Source: a virus
Taxonomy: Duplodnaviria > Caudoviricetes
DNA length: 62,017 bases
Strand: one strand, 5' to 3'
IMG/VR virus record: IMGVR_UViG_3300037242_000178
Location: 1 to 62,017 of that record
Each line of letters starts with the position of its first letter. Positions within the stretch are counted from its first letter, which is position 1. Below are positions 8,927 to 18,852 of the stretch, piece after piece. The position numbers and the translations under genes were made by a program. The notes beneath the pieces are model-generated. The model saw only the letters and a list, made by a program, of their open reading frames with translations, did no database searches and was not told the origin of the DNA.

Positions 8927-9400
8927 TTACGCCTGTTCGTGATGGATGATTTCAACGCTAGAAAATTGATAACCTTCTTTTGCATATCGCTGCGCGAGCC
9001 AAACAGGTTCCGGCAAGCAATGGACGCCCTCATCCTTGCCTATGTGGTGCGCTTTGCATAGTAATCTGCCATTTACGTTCATGTCATCGACGAAAGTATA
9101 AGGATTCGTTTCATCGAAACTTCCCCATCCGAAATGAGGGAAATCCTTTCGGATTTGCGATTCTTCTGACCAGTCGATCATTTCTGCGAATGAGCGTTCT
9201 ATTGGCCAGTGATGCGCCTCTGGAGGGTGTCCAGTCTCTTTCTCTGTGCATCCGCAAATCCAGCATTTCCCTGCTTGTGCCGCGATTAAGTGCAGTCTGG
9301 ACTTTCTGAATAACGGAGATGTTACGCGCGGATCATGTCCAGGTAAATTCACGTCTACCGTAAAAGTGTTTTTCTCTTCATGAGTTTCATTTATCGACAT
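8927..9400 (-). CDS. HNH-like zinc-binding protein
   Basis: CWICG, EAHH and LCKAHH...GVH motifs. Confidence 0.55.
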   Translation of the reverse strand: MSINETHEEKNTFTVDVNLPGHDPRVTSPLFRKSRLHLIAAQAGKCWICGCTEKETGHPPEAHHWPIERSFAEMIDWSEESQIRKDFPHFGWGSFDETNPYTFVDDMNVNGRLLCKAHHIGKDEGVHCLPEPVWLAQRYAKEGYQFSSVEIIHHEQA

Positions 9401-9402
9401 GA

Positions 9403-10503
9403 TTAATATTCCACCATTACAAAACCGGGCGCGCCTGCGCCGCCGGTCGTTGTTGTCGCTCCTGAGTACCCCCCAGAAGCGCCCCCTCCGCCGCCGCCGC
9501 CAGAACCGTAACCTGCTGCCGCGCCGCCATTGCCACCGACCGCGCCGGTTGCTGACGTCCCAGTGCCAGCGCCGCCGCCGCCGCCGCCGCCGCTAATTCC
9601 GCCTGCGTAACCGATAGCGCCGTTGCTGACTCCTGCAAGACCGGGAGCGCCGCCGCCGCCGCCGGAACCGGTGCCGCCGATAGCCGCTTCACCTCCCGAT
9701 CCGCGAAACTTGTTGTCCAAATATGTGCGTGCGGTATAAGCGTATATAGATGAGTCTTCGCCGCTGCTGCCTGCAATATTAACTCCTGGAGTTCCGCCCG
9801 ACGCCGCGCCGCCAGAGCCGCCCCCTGCGCTTGTGCTTCCTGCGCCGCCAACGCCGCCGCCGCCTGCGCCTGTCGAAGCAGCGGAGCTAGTGCCAGCAAC
9901 GCCAGTCCCGCCAATCCCAAGGCCATTACTAATCCCGGAAGCAGCCCCGCCGCCGCCGGAACCGGCGTATCCGGTTGACGAGTTGGTATATCCAGCCCCG
10001 CCAGCACCGCCAACGGGGCCTGTCAAATTAAGCGTTCCGCCCGATGCCGTCCCGCCAGCGCCGCCGGTTCCGCCAGTGCCGCCAGCGCCGTTCGATCCTG
10101 TTCCGCCAGCGCCGCCGTTGCCGCCTGCATTCGCGATAACCGGCGTGGCGAGTCCAAATTCTGCTATAGAACTGGATATGGTTACAGCGTAAGTGCTGCT
10201 CGGATTAAGAGTAGTGATAATCTGAGCGAATCCACCGCCGCCGCCGCCACCGCCACCACCGCCGCTGCCATGGCCGCCTGTAGCGTCATTCCCCCCGCCA
10301 GCGCCGCCAGCGCCGCCCGGGCCAAAGCAGGTAATCCGCGCATTTTGTGTCGAAGCAAGAAAAGAAGCGTTAAAATTGCTGCTCGCAAGGTATAAGCGAA
10401 TATTCCCTGTTCCAAAAACTTCTTGCCCTAGTCCTGCTGAAAAAGTAAGCAGGAATGCCGCTAGATTTGCATTCGATTGAGTAAAATCAGATAGTTTTGC
10501 CAT
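9403..10503 (-). CDS. Glycine-rich tail fibre-associated protein
   Basis: Poly-Gly tracts; ends GFVMVEY; follows the tail fibre gene. Confidence 0.75.
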   Translation of the reverse strand: MAKLSDFTQSNANLAAFLLTFSAGLGQEVFGTGNIRLYLASSNFNASFLASTQNARITCFGPGGAGGAGGGNDATGGHGSGGGGGGGGGGGFAQIITTLNPSSTYAVTISSSIAEFGLATPVIANAGGNGGAGGTGSNGAGGTGGTGGAGGTASGGTLNLTGPVGGAGGAGYTNSSTGYAGSGGGGAASGISNGLGIGGTGVAGTSSAASTGAGGGGVGGAGSTSAGGGSGGAASGGTPGVNIAGSSGEDSSIYAYTARTYLDNKFRGSGGEAAIGGTGSGGGGGAPGLAGVSNGAIGYAGGISGGGGGGGAGTGTSATGAVGGNGGAAAGYGSGGGGGGGASGGYSGATTTTGGAGAPGFVMVEY

Positions 10504-11813
10504 TACACCAATCTCCAAAAAGACGAAGCTGAAACAGCTGCGATATAAAATTGAGCGTCGGAAATATTCGCTAGGAACGTTGAAGCGCCATCCGCAATAG
10601 CCAACGCAAGCGTCGGGCCGCCGCCGATGTTGTGCCCGTTGCCGTTAATCGTAAGATTATTGACGCCCCAGTAGTTCATTTCATCGACGAACGTGTAGGC
10701 CCCAGACACCGACGCGGAAAGCGTCAACGTGATTGCGCCACCTGTCGTATCGACGTAATAAACTCCGGGCAGCAATGATTGCGACGAGTTTATGACCTCG
10801 CCGCCGAATGCCGGGAGCGGCCCGCCATCCTCAATCGTCCCTTCGTCATCAACGAATACAGAAATATGCCCTGGAACGATGCTGCCGCTACCTGTCACTG
10901 CCGACACAGTACCTGTGTTGGAACTGGCATTTGCCAGCGCGGCAGTGCCTAAACACGTCGCGGTCAACTGCCAGTAAGTGCCGTCGTAAGTCGCGGTCAA
11001 AATATTCCCTGCGACGATCTCGCCGCCATTCAATGCGATTGGCCCGGTTGGGCCATCTTGACGCATCGATTTTGTTCCAAAGGAGCCAACAGCCAGTGTC
11101 ATTGCGCCGGTGTTGGTGTACCCGGCTTTCCACCGGATTTCTGTGCCTGTCGCAAGCGTTTGCAACGCGGTTGGAACAGTCAAAATTTGCGCATTTGCCG
11201 ATCCCGTCGATGTGCCGCAGTAGAATGTGCTGTAGGCGGCGCTTGACGTCAATTGCGTCCACACCGCGCCCGATGCGTTGCCGGTTGTCGTGCAAATCCA
11301 CAAAACTTTATTCGTCGAATCCCACAGAATCGACGATGCCAGAAAGTCATTAATGGGAGAAATGCCCGCAACAAATCCGTTCGGATTCCCGGCATAAACC
11401 AGCCCGCTGTTGATTTGTTGCCAGTTCGCGCCGCCGGTATCTGGATCGGTAGTGTTGTTGTCGGCAGTGCTTAACCACCATGACCCGCCCGCTGCCGAAT
11501 AAAGCAGCGCGCCATTCGGATAGCCGCCGATGGCAGTCGAAAAGGCGGAGTCATAAACAACTGCCGCGCCCGCGTTCTGCCATTGAGACCAAGCGGTAAT
11601 TTGATTAAGGATTCCATTCTCATCTTGTCCGAACGGAAAAGCGCCGCCAGCCGTGACGGGAACGAATGTCAATGGCGGAAACCCGTCAGTCAACGATGCC
11701 GCGCCCGCCTGAATGCCTTGTTGAGATGCGACAGGGATCGGGCGAATGTAATCCGACCCGGCATCTGCGCCCCACGGAATTGGGAATTTTATCGGAATTT
11801 GACTGGCTTGCAT
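10503..11813 (-). CDS. Tail fibre protein
   Basis: N-terminal PIPWG...GFPPLT...GGYPNGA anchor typical of this myovirus type; follows DUF2612. Confidence 0.8.
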   Translation of the reverse strand: MQASQIPIKFPIPWGADAGSDYIRPIPVASQQGIQAGAASLTDGFPPLTFVPVTAGGAFPFGQDENGILNQITAWSQWQNAGAAVVYDSAFSTAIGGYPNGALLYSAAGGSWWLSTADNNTTDPDTGGANWQQINSGLVYAGNPNGFVAGISPINDFLASSILWDSTNKVLWICTTTGNASGAVWTQLTSSAAYSTFYCGTSTGSANAQILTVPTALQTLATGTEIRWKAGYTNTGAMTLAVGSFGTKSMRQDGPTGPIALNGGEIVAGNILTATYDGTYWQLTATCLGTAALANASSNTGTVSAVTGSGSIVPGHISVFVDDEGTIEDGGPLPAFGGEVINSSQSLLPGVYYVDTTGGAITLTLSASVSGAYTFVDEMNYWGVNNLTINGNGHNIGGGPTLALAIADGASTFLANISDAQFYIAAVSASSFWRLV

Positions 11814-11822
11814 GTGCTTTCC

Positions 11823-12455
11823 CTAGATTTGAACGACACTCGCCAATACCCCAGCAGGGCGTGGCAATACGTTTGAATTAAACACGATAGAGATTTGAAC
11901 TGGCGATAACGCGAAAGCAAACGTGTAAGTCATGGTCATGTCGAGATTATCTGTGCAGTACGATATTTGCCCAGGGAATAATGCTTGAAGAATCTTGTTC
12001 AATCCAGGAATGGAACCGTCCCAAATATTCGCGGCAGCTTTTGCCAAAATTAATTGACGAAACGCGCCATCCGACAGCGTGACGTTTTCCGTCAGCGCTT
12101 CGCCGGAATACCAGATTCCCGTGCCCCAATTACCGCCGGATAAATCCATCGCCTCTTCAAACGCAAGATACTTCGTTGGATAGACGGTCAACACGCGACC
12201 GGTGTTTAGTCCGACGATACGCCCCCACACATCCAAGCCATAGCCGACAGCCGTATCCACATTCCAAACGTTGTCGAACCATCCGTCAACCGTGCCACTA
12301 GCATCGACGGCTTGCGAAAAGTAATCGATCAACTGCGTGAGGACAGGCGAGTTTGCGTATTGCGAAAATAAGGTTTTGCCCCAGTCGAAAGGTTGCGCGC
12401 CTATCGGGCTTTCACCAATGATGAATTCACCAATACCGTTTGGGATTTGAGACAT
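11823..12455 (-). CDS. Baseplate wedge protein (DUF2612-like)
   Basis: SQYANSP, GYGLDVWGRIVG and LPRPAGV motifs. Confidence 0.85.
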   Translation of the reverse strand: MSQIPNGIGEFIIGESPIGAQPFDWGKTLFSQYANSPVLTQLIDYFSQAVDASGTVDGWFDNVWNVDTAVGYGLDVWGRIVGLNTGRVLTVYPTKYLAFEEAMDLSGGNWGTGIWYSGEALTENVTLSDGAFRQLILAKAAANIWDGSIPGLNKILQALFPGQISYCTDNLDMTMTYTFAFALSPVQISIVFNSNVLPRPAGVLASVVQI

Positions 12456-12493
12456 ATTAGTTTCGTATTTAGCGAGTTAAGGGACGCTTAAAA

Positions 12494-12529
12494 ATGAAAA
12501 ACGCTCAATCGTCAAAAACGATTGAGCGT
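12494..12529 (-). terminator. Intrinsic terminator after the 12566-13126 gene
   Basis: 12-bp perfect stem ACGCTCAATCGT/ACGATTGAGCGT followed by a U-run on the minus strand. Confidence 0.8.
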
Positions 12530-12565
12530 CACGCTATGCCCGGATTAATTTCAATCCATATTGAC

Positions 12566-13126
12566 TTACAGAAGCACCGGAATCTGAGTGCTTGTCGCCG
12601 GGCCGAAAGTCTGCGTGGCTACAGGCCGCGCAGGGCAGCATTCATCTCGATGCCCTCGACCGTCACGGTCGTGATGATGAGCGAATTTCGAATACATTTC
12701 AGCAAATCTTAAATCAGCCACTTTCTGTTCGTTTATCAACGAGCGCGTCGTGGCCCCGTCAGCAACCAACTGCTGTCCGAGCAATGCGCTTGCTAATTGT
12801 GCGGCGGAAGCGGTTTGAACGGCATTCAATTCAATCGCTGCCAACGTTGCCGCGTTTTGCGCATTTACTTGCGCGGTCAACGAAGCTAAAGCGGTAGCGG
12901 TGGAAAACTGCTGCGCTTGCGCGGCAATGAAATACGCGGTCGATTGATCGGTTACGCGGTCGGTCTTGTTATCGATTTTGTCGGAAATTTTGAATGCATT
13001 TTCCGCAGTCGCATACCGACCGGCGTCGGCTTGCATTGCTGTTTCCCTACGAATATCCGCTTCAGCTTTCAGCACTGAAGTTAAATCGACTTGCCCAGTT
13101 ACGGTGCCTGTTACGATATCAGCCAT
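12566..13126 (-). CDS. Moron-like alanine-rich helical protein
   Basis: AAGGA RBS, AT-rich upstream region and its own terminator. Confidence 0.7.
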   Translation of the reverse strand: MADIVTGTVTGQVDLTSVLKAEADIRRETAMQADAGRYATAENAFKISDKIDNKTDRVTDQSTAYFIAAQAQQFSTATALASLTAQVNAQNAATLAAIELNAVQTASAAQLASALLGQQLVADGATTRSLINEQKVADLRFAEMYSKFAHHHDRDGRGHRDECCPARPVATQTFGPATSTQIPVLL

Positions 13127-13157
13127 GAGGTAATCCTTAAGTGATTTAGAAGGTTGT

Positions 13158-13200
13158 TTATGGTTCTGTCACGTTTTGATTCTTGTTGACAAAACCATAA
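13158..13200. promoter_or_regulatory. 14-bp inverted repeat in the leader of 12566-13126, just downstream of a minus-strand TATAAT
   Basis: TTATGGTTCTGTCA-N15-TGACAAAACCATAA. Confidence 0.5.
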
Positions 13201-13268
13201 TCAATTATATTCCAAATCAATGACGAGAAGATGACAAAAAATAAATTTTTATTGGATGTTAAAATTGT

Positions 13269-14189
13269 TCAATATGTAATAACTATGACACCGTTTCCAC
13301 CGTTAATTCCGCTGTCGCCGCTATCGCCGCCAGCGTATCCGCCGCCGCCGCCGCCATTCGCGTTTATCTCACTACCGCCGCCGCCGCCGCCTGGCCCGTA
13401 GCCAGCTCCCCACGGCGAATAAGTGTAAGTCGATCCCGCAGACGAAACTTTCGCAGACGATCCGCCGCCCCCGCCGCCGCCGCTAGACGACGCCCCCGCA
13501 GCAGCAGACAGCGTAGCGCCAGTGCCTCCGCCTGATCCGCTCGGGCCGCTGCCGCCGTTACCGCCGCTGCCGCTGCCGCCATTCGATCCCGCTGTGCTAC
13601 TCGATCCGCCAGCCCCTCCGCCTCCACCTCCGCCCGTCACGGATTGATTCCCTCCGTTTTGACCGGCACCGTTCGGGCCGCCTGCCCCTCCGCCCCCTCC
13701 GCCTCCGCCAGTTCCGCCGTTACCGCCTGCGTATTTCACGTTTCCGACCGACGCTGTAACGGCGCAACCCGCCCCAGGGCTGCTCCCTGGAGCGGCATAA
13801 ACTCCGTTCGTTGTTAATGTCGGTTGGCTGTTCGCGGCGATGTTGATCCAACTCCCTGTGACGGACGCTCCCGAACCAACTTGATAGTGAACAGGACTTC
13901 CGGGAGTCACCGTAAGACTTGTAGATTTCGCATAACAACCGCCGCCGCCGCCCGGCCCACTTTCTGAGAAATCTGCGCCGCCTGCGCCGATAGCTTCCGC
14001 ATTAATGGTAATAACACCTGCTGGTACAGTCCATGAGCCGGAACCGAGAGTAGTAACGATTACTACTCCGTGCGATGCGTTCCCGCCGGATGCTCGGAAA
14101 AATTTCCCTGCGCTAAATGGCGCTGAAGAAGCGCAGACGGTCGTAAGAAGCGCCGCTAGTAAAAATGCCTTCAGAAGATTTATCATCAC
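13269..14189 (-). CDS. Glycine-rich fibre-like protein with Sec signal peptide
   Basis: MMINLLKAFLLAALLTTVCA leader; WTVPAGV...GAGG and poly-Gly; ends GVIVITY. Confidence 0.75.
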   Translation of the reverse strand: MMINLLKAFLLAALLTTVCASSAPFSAGKFFRASGGNASHGVVIVTTLGSGSWTVPAGVITINAEAIGAGGADFSESGPGGGGGCYAKSTSLTVTPGSPVHYQVGSGASVTGSWINIAANSQPTLTTNGVYAAPGSSPGAGCAVTASVGNVKYAGGNGGTGGGGGGGGAGGPNGAGQNGGNQSVTGGGGGGGAGGSSSTAGSNGGSGSGGNGGSGPSGSGGGTGATLSAAAGASSSGGGGGGGSSAKVSSAGSTYTYSPWGAGYGPGGGGGGSEINANGGGGGGYAGGDSGDSGINGGNGVIVITY

Positions 14190-14818
14190 GACCCCGTAAA
14201 ATTCGCGCCGCCAGATTGTCCGTAGGTATATGTCGTGTCATGCGCCATGAAAACGTAGAAGTCGCACTTTCCGCTGACACTGGTAGCTGTTGGGGCCGTA
14301 GCTGCTGGCCACGATAGAGTGCCTCCGCCCGCCCATGTGACCGTGTACACGCCGCCATAGCACACTTGTATCGTGAACGACTGACCAGCAGCAGGCGTTG
14401 GCAGCGTAATAGTGGTATTCGCCGCCAACGAGAGCTTATGAAACGTGCATGTGGTATTGGATATCGTCACCGCGCCAGCTGAGATAGTTGGAGTATCCGC
14501 GCATTCTGTGTATCCGTTTATGGTAGGAGTGGTCAATACCGGTGTAGCGACAGTAGGAGATGTGTCAACCACAAATTTAGTGCCGGTGCCGGTTTGCGAC
14601 GCGATACTTGTCGCGTTGCCGGACGACGTAATAACACCGGTTAAATTTGCATTGGTTACGACTGTCGTTGCGCAACTTCCAGCCGAGGCGGTGACGCTAC
14701 CGGTTAGCGCCGGTTGATTCGCGCATTGCATATTTGGCGACGTCTGCGTGATCGTCTGCGCATTACAGACCCCGCATAAAAACAATATCGACGCGATGAG
14801 AATTTTAAAGCGAGTCAT
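14186..14818 (-). CDS. Fibre-like protein with Sec signal peptide
   Basis: GGAGG RBS; MTRFKILIASILFLCGVCNA-Q leader; C-terminal domain TVTWAGGGTLSWP. Confidence 0.75.
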   Translation of the reverse strand: MTRFKILIASILFLCGVCNAQTITQTSPNMQCANQPALTGSVTASAGSCATTVVTNANLTGVITSSGNATSIASQTGTGTKFVVDTSPTVATPVLTTPTINGYTECADTPTISAGAVTISNTTCTFHKLSLAANTTITLPTPAAGQSFTIQVCYGGVYTVTWAGGGTLSWPAATAPTATSVSGKCDFYVFMAHDTTYTYGQSGGANFTGS

Positions 14819-14866
14819 CCTTGCCTCCGTAAATACGCCCCTCCTAAATCGGGCCGATGTTTTCAA

Positions 14867-15772
14867 TCAGATGGCAACGGAAACGAGCAACCAGACATCA
14901 ACCGATCCAGCAGTCAATGTAGAAAGGTTCCCTCCCGTTGAATTCGCGGTAATCGTAATCGAATTCGTCGCTGTCTGGCTCGCGCCAAATAGCGATGCCA
15001 CTAGCTGATAGTTTGTCGCTGTTACTGCAGAAAAGACATCCCATGTTGGAGTAATCGCGGTGTTCGTTCCGCCGTACCCAATCGACACGTTCACGTCCGA
15101 TACAGAACCGCCGCTAAATGCCGTGCTTTGCTTCACTTTTGCCGTCTGGATTACTCCGCCTGCGGCAAGGGTGTACAGAGTAATCGTTTGAGTCGTTGCG
15201 GCAGATGTAAATGACGTGTAAGGAACGGTTGTTTTGACCCACGAAGGCCCTGACGATGAGCTGGCAAAACAATTTGACGACGAAGTGGAAATGATATGAC
15301 CTGAAGAGTCGGAACAAATCGAATTTGCGATAGTGCCCGAAGTAGTTAAACCGGACATCATCACATTGCCGGTTGCTGACAGTGTGGTTGCGCTAATAGC
15401 TGCGGGCGCAGTGCCGCCAATAGCGGGAGGGGAAGCCAGATAAGTGCTGAAACCGCTACCCGAAACGGTAGATGACGCGCTTAAAGCTGTAAACGATCCC
15501 GCCGCCGCGCTTGAACCGCCAATAGCGGGAGGGGAAGCCAGATAAGTGCTGAAACCGCTACCCGAAACAGTGGACGACGCGGATAAGGTCGTAAATGCGC
15601 CGGTTGATGGCGTGGTTGCGCCAATCGTCGTACCGTCTATTGTACCGCCGGTGAACAGTACGTTCGCTGATTGAGTAATGATTGTTTGCGCTTCAAGGCC
15701 TATAGACAGCGCCGCAAAAAATCCTAGAAGAACATATTTTAAACTTCGACCCACCTTCTTAAAAGAATCCAC
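14867..15772 (-). CDS. Fibre-like protein with Sec signal peptide
   Basis: YVLLGFFAALSIGLEA-Q leader; GGTIDGTTIGATTPSTGAFT fibre motif; C-terminal domain paralogous to 15783-16850. Confidence 0.75.
   Translation of the reverse strand: MDSFKKVGRSLKYVLLGFFAALSIGLEAQTIITQSANVLFTGGTIDGTTIGATTPSTGAFTTLSASSTVSGSGFSTYLASPPAIGGSSAAAGSFTALSASSTVSGSGFSTYLASPPAIGGTAPAAISATTLSATGNVMMSGLTTSGTIANSICSDSSGHIISTSSSNCFASSSSGPSWVKTTVPYTSFTSAATTQTITLYTLAAGGVIQTAKVKQSTAFSGGSVSDVNVSIGYGGTNTAITPTWDVFSAVTATNYQLVASLFGASQTATNSITITANSTGGNLSTLTAGSVDVWLLVSVAI
15414..15568. repeat. 53-bp exact internal duplication, 102-bp period
   Basis: 15414-15466 equals 15516-15568. Confidence 0.9.
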
Positions 15773-15782
15773 GATAAAGCTC

Positions 15783-16850
15783 CTAAAGCGCAGTTGAAAT
15801 TAATGCCCACACATCGACTGACCCGGCGGCAAGCGTCGAAAGATTCCCCCCGATGGAGTTGAATGTTGCAGTAACATTCGTTGTTGCAGTTCTCGACTCC
15901 GCCCCATTCGTCGTGACCAGTTCGTAATTCGTCGCGCTTGGCGCGCTGTAGACGCTAAACGCTGGCGCATATTTAGCGAGACTGCCGGAAACGCCTACAG
16001 AAGCGGTTACAGCCGAGATTGAACCGCCCGTAAAAGCGATGCTCTGCTGAATTAAGACTTGATGCACAATGCCACCGGCAGGCAGAACGAATAGCGTTAC
16101 AGTATCTGTCGTCGCCCCCACACTTATCGAGGTGTAAAGCACCGTGTATTTTGCCCAGAAAGGCGCTCTAGGCGCGTCGGACGGAACTATCGCACGGAAA
16201 CCCGGCTGTGCGGCACTGCCGCTGGCAGGCCCGGCAAAAACAGTGTTTGCGGACTGTGTATTAAGCGTTTCATTGATCGTTCCGCTAGTCGTGATTGGGG
16301 AATTCGTTATCGTATAAATTGGCGTAGACGACGCATCGGAAAAGCCGACAGAGGATACCGTTCCGCTGCTGCTGCAACTTCCGTTCGACGCTGCGGTAAG
16401 TTGCCCTGCCGCGTTTGCCGTAATGTTCGCGCACGTGTAAGGGCCGGGAGTAATGCCTGTTGGTGTGATCGTCGTTGCCGCGCCGGTAGTCGTCACCGGA
16501 CCTGTCAAGTTTCCCCATCCAGGCACGCCAGCGCTGTTACTTAACATCAATGCGCTATCCAGCGGAAGAATAAAGCTCGTCAAGTTCGGAGCGGTTTGAT
16601 AGGGGATGTAATTCGCTGCTCCCCCATAAATGTTTGTGATCGGAGATGGCGCAGCCCAATAAGCCGTCGTGCCGTTGGAGGTAAAGACATTCCCTGCCGT
16701 GCCGGGAGCGAGATAGTCTTGCTTGTTTGAAAAATAAAGATTCCACTGCCCTGCCGTGGGTATTTGTCCGTAGGTAAATCCTGGCGATGTTTGCGCAAAG
16801 GATGAAAGCAACTTTAACGCTAGGGCGAATCCTAAAATAATCTTTTTCAT
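15783..16850 (-). CDS. Fibre-like protein with Sec signal peptide
   Basis: [20 protein letters not shown] leader; GTVSSVG...PITTSGT and NTVFAGP fibre motifs; ATGA-coupled to baseplate J. Confidence 0.78.
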   Translation of the reverse strand: MKKIILGFALALKLLSSFAQTSPGFTYGQIPTAGQWNLYFSNKQDYLAPGTAGNVFTSNGTTAYWAAPSPITNIYGGAANYIPYQTAPNLTSFILPLDSALMLSNSAGVPGWGNLTGPVTTTGAATTITPTGITPGPYTCANITANAAGQLTAASNGSCSSSGTVSSVGFSDASSTPIYTITNSPITTSGTINETLNTQSANTVFAGPASGSAAQPGFRAIVPSDAPRAPFWAKYTVLYTSISVGATTDTVTLFVLPAGGIVHQVLIQQSIAFTGGSISAVTASVGVSGSLAKYAPAFSVYSAPSATNYELVTTNGAESRTATTNVTATFNSIGGNLSTLAAGSVDVWALISTAL

Positions 16851-18481
16851 GTCGCAGTCGTCACATTAATGTTGGCCGCTGCCGTCACCGGCATTTGATT
16901 TATCAGCATTTGAATGCTTGTCGCATTCATTCCCAAAACGTTCATCGATTCGCTTCCAACGGTTTGGGAACTCGATACCGTGTACGTGCCCGTTGAGCCA
17001 GAGGAACCTGTCAACTGCGCTTTAATATACGTCCCCACCGTTACGCCTGTTCCGATCAAAACTTGCCCAACAGCCAGCGCGCCGCCAGTCGCTGTCACTG
17101 TTAAAACGGTCGTTGCGATTGATGCGGTTATCGCAAATGCGGGCGCGGCAGAACTTCCAATTGTCAATCCGGTAATTAATGCCCACGAGCCGAGCGCGTA
17201 AATCCCCTGGTAATATCGACTGGTTAAAATTAACGTTTCCATTTGCATGCGCAAACCGCCATCGCCGCCGATGAAAGCGTTCAAAATCGCATTTTGAATC
17301 AACGTGCTTGCGTTGGACGGAACGGCAGGCGACGGATAAATACTGACGTTAAAGTATATTTCGACATCAGGCGGGTTTTCGAACGAGATCGCATAAGGAA
17401 TTCCTGGCGTGCTATAGACGTAGCTTGTATCATAAACCGTTTCTGTCGTATTGCCTTGAAGTCCGCAACCAGGCGGTTTTTTGCTCCAAATCGCATTGGC
17501 GATATCTTGCGCCGTGCCCCCCGCAACGCTTATATAAAGCGTATTCGCTTCAATGCTTACCCCTCCAAGCTGAAGCGGAATGGCCGCCGCCGTCGTTTGG
17601 CTCACGGAAACCGTATAAGGACTGCTGGAACCGCTAACAATCGTTGTGCCGTATGTTACCCCAGGCCCGCTAATAACTTGCCCTATAGCGACAGTCCCAG
17701 AGAGAACAGCATCGATCGTCAACGATGTTCCGCTGATCGATCCCGTAATCGTCGATACCGGATTGACAGCGTAAGGATAATTGTAAAAATTATCTTGAAC
17801 ATAAGCACCCAACACATTTGCAACATTAAGAATCGTCCCGAGAACGGATTGGGGAGTGTTGAGTGAATTGGCTGCGACGGAATTGAACCGGCGCGTTTCG
17901 AACTGCGATCTGCTTTCGACTAGCGATCCTTCTGCGCCATCCGCTGGATTATTGATTGTGTCCCATCCGCTGACGCCGGAAACGATTGTCGTCAATGTAT
18001 TTTCCGGGCACGGAATCGGGCCTTGCGCGACGTTTGCGAACGGCAAAACGATGCTGCCACCTCCCGGGCCGCCAGGAAGTGTTCCCGCTTGCATGCACAT
18101 ATAAGTATTTCCAGACACATCTTGCGCTAGCGCGCCAACAGGAATTGTTGCACTTAAGCCTGAGCAAGTGCATTGAACGACCGTGCTAGCTGCGGGGATG
18201 CGCGTCATGTAGTAAATCCGCCCGATGGCGTCCTGCATGCGGCCTGAAGCGAAAGCTGGATCGACGCCATTAAAAAGGGCGAGGAGTAAGTCGTTTGTGT
18301 TTCCGATGATTGCAGTCTCGCTCACCGATAATTGCGTTTGCGGCGTTGCGGTCGAAGTAAAATTCAACCCATTGCCGAATGCGGAATTGATGTCGGCTTG
18401 CACGCCTGCGAGGATTGCCGATTCCGCAGGCGCAATGTAGCCGTTCGCTCCGAGCGAAACTGGAGGGACGTTCGTTGTCAT
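16847..18481 (-). CDS. Baseplate J-like protein with two inserted beta domains
   Basis: [24 protein letters not shown] and IANAIWSKK motifs. Confidence 0.88.
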   Translation of the reverse strand: MTTNVPPVSLGANGYIAPAESAILAGVQADINSAFGNGLNFTSTATPQTQLSVSETAIIGNTNDLLLALFNGVDPAFASGRMQDAIGRIYYMTRIPAASTVVQCTCSGLSATIPVGALAQDVSGNTYMCMQAGTLPGGPGGGSIVLPFANVAQGPIPCPENTLTTIVSGVSGWDTINNPADGAEGSLVESRSQFETRRFNSVAANSLNTPQSVLGTILNVANVLGAYVQDNFYNYPYAVNPVSTITGSISGTSLTIDAVLSGTVAIGQVISGPGVTYGTTIVSGSSSPYTVSVSQTTAAAIPLQLGGVSIEANTLYISVAGGTAQDIANAIWSKKPPGCGLQGNTTETVYDTSYVYSTPGIPYAISFENPPDVEIYFNVSIYPSPAVPSNASTLIQNAILNAFIGGDGGLRMQMETLILTSRYYQGIYALGSWALITGLTIGSSAAPAFAITASIATTVLTVTATGGALAVGQVLIGTGVTVGTYIKAQLTGSSGSTGTYTVSSSQTVGSESMNVLGMNATSIQMLINQMPVTAAANINVTTAT

Positions 18482-18837
18482 TAGAAGTTCGCTATCGAAA
18501 CGTTATCGGATGAATCGGAAATCTGCACCTGCCCGGACACTTGTCCGTTTTCAATTGACGAGATAAAACAAACAGCGACTTCGACTCCTGGGACTTGCAA
18601 AGCCGCCGCGACGAATTGCGACTTCATCAAATTGATTGGTGGCGTTTGACCGATACCTAAAATTTCCTGGAAATAAGGAATGCCTTGCGTCGTATCATAC
18701 CAATACTCGCCTTGAAACAACTTTATTTGCGACGCAGCGTCTTGTGCCAAAGCATAACCTAGACTGGCCATTGCAATGTTTCCGTCCGAATCAATGCACA
18801 AGTCGTTGTATGTTCTGTCGAGTAAAAGCGTGTTCAT
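18481..18837 (-). CDS. Baseplate wedge/sheath initiator (gp25-like)
   Basis: [16 protein letters not shown] motif; synteny. Confidence 0.8.
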   Translation of the reverse strand: MNTLLLDRTYNDLCIDSDGNIAMASLGYALAQDAASQIKLFQGEYWYDTTQGIPYFQEILGIGQTPPINLMKSQFVAAALQVPGVEVAVCFISSIENGQVSGQVQISDSSDNVSIANF

Positions 18838-18839
18838 AA

Positions 18840-18852
18840 TAAAGTCACTTTA
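18840..18852. promoter_or_regulatory. Palindrome TAAAGTNACTTTA
   Basis: TAAAGTCACTTTA at a gene junction; recurs elsewhere. Confidence 0.6.

Noticed and set aside
8927-9400. Mobile homing endonuclease or intron
   Set aside because: It does not interrupt any gene and is in-operon; only Zn/His motifs support an HNH-like fold
9417-10192. Poly-Ala and poly-Pro ORFs overlapping Gly-rich genes
   Set aside because: Frame-shifted or antisense readings of GGC runs
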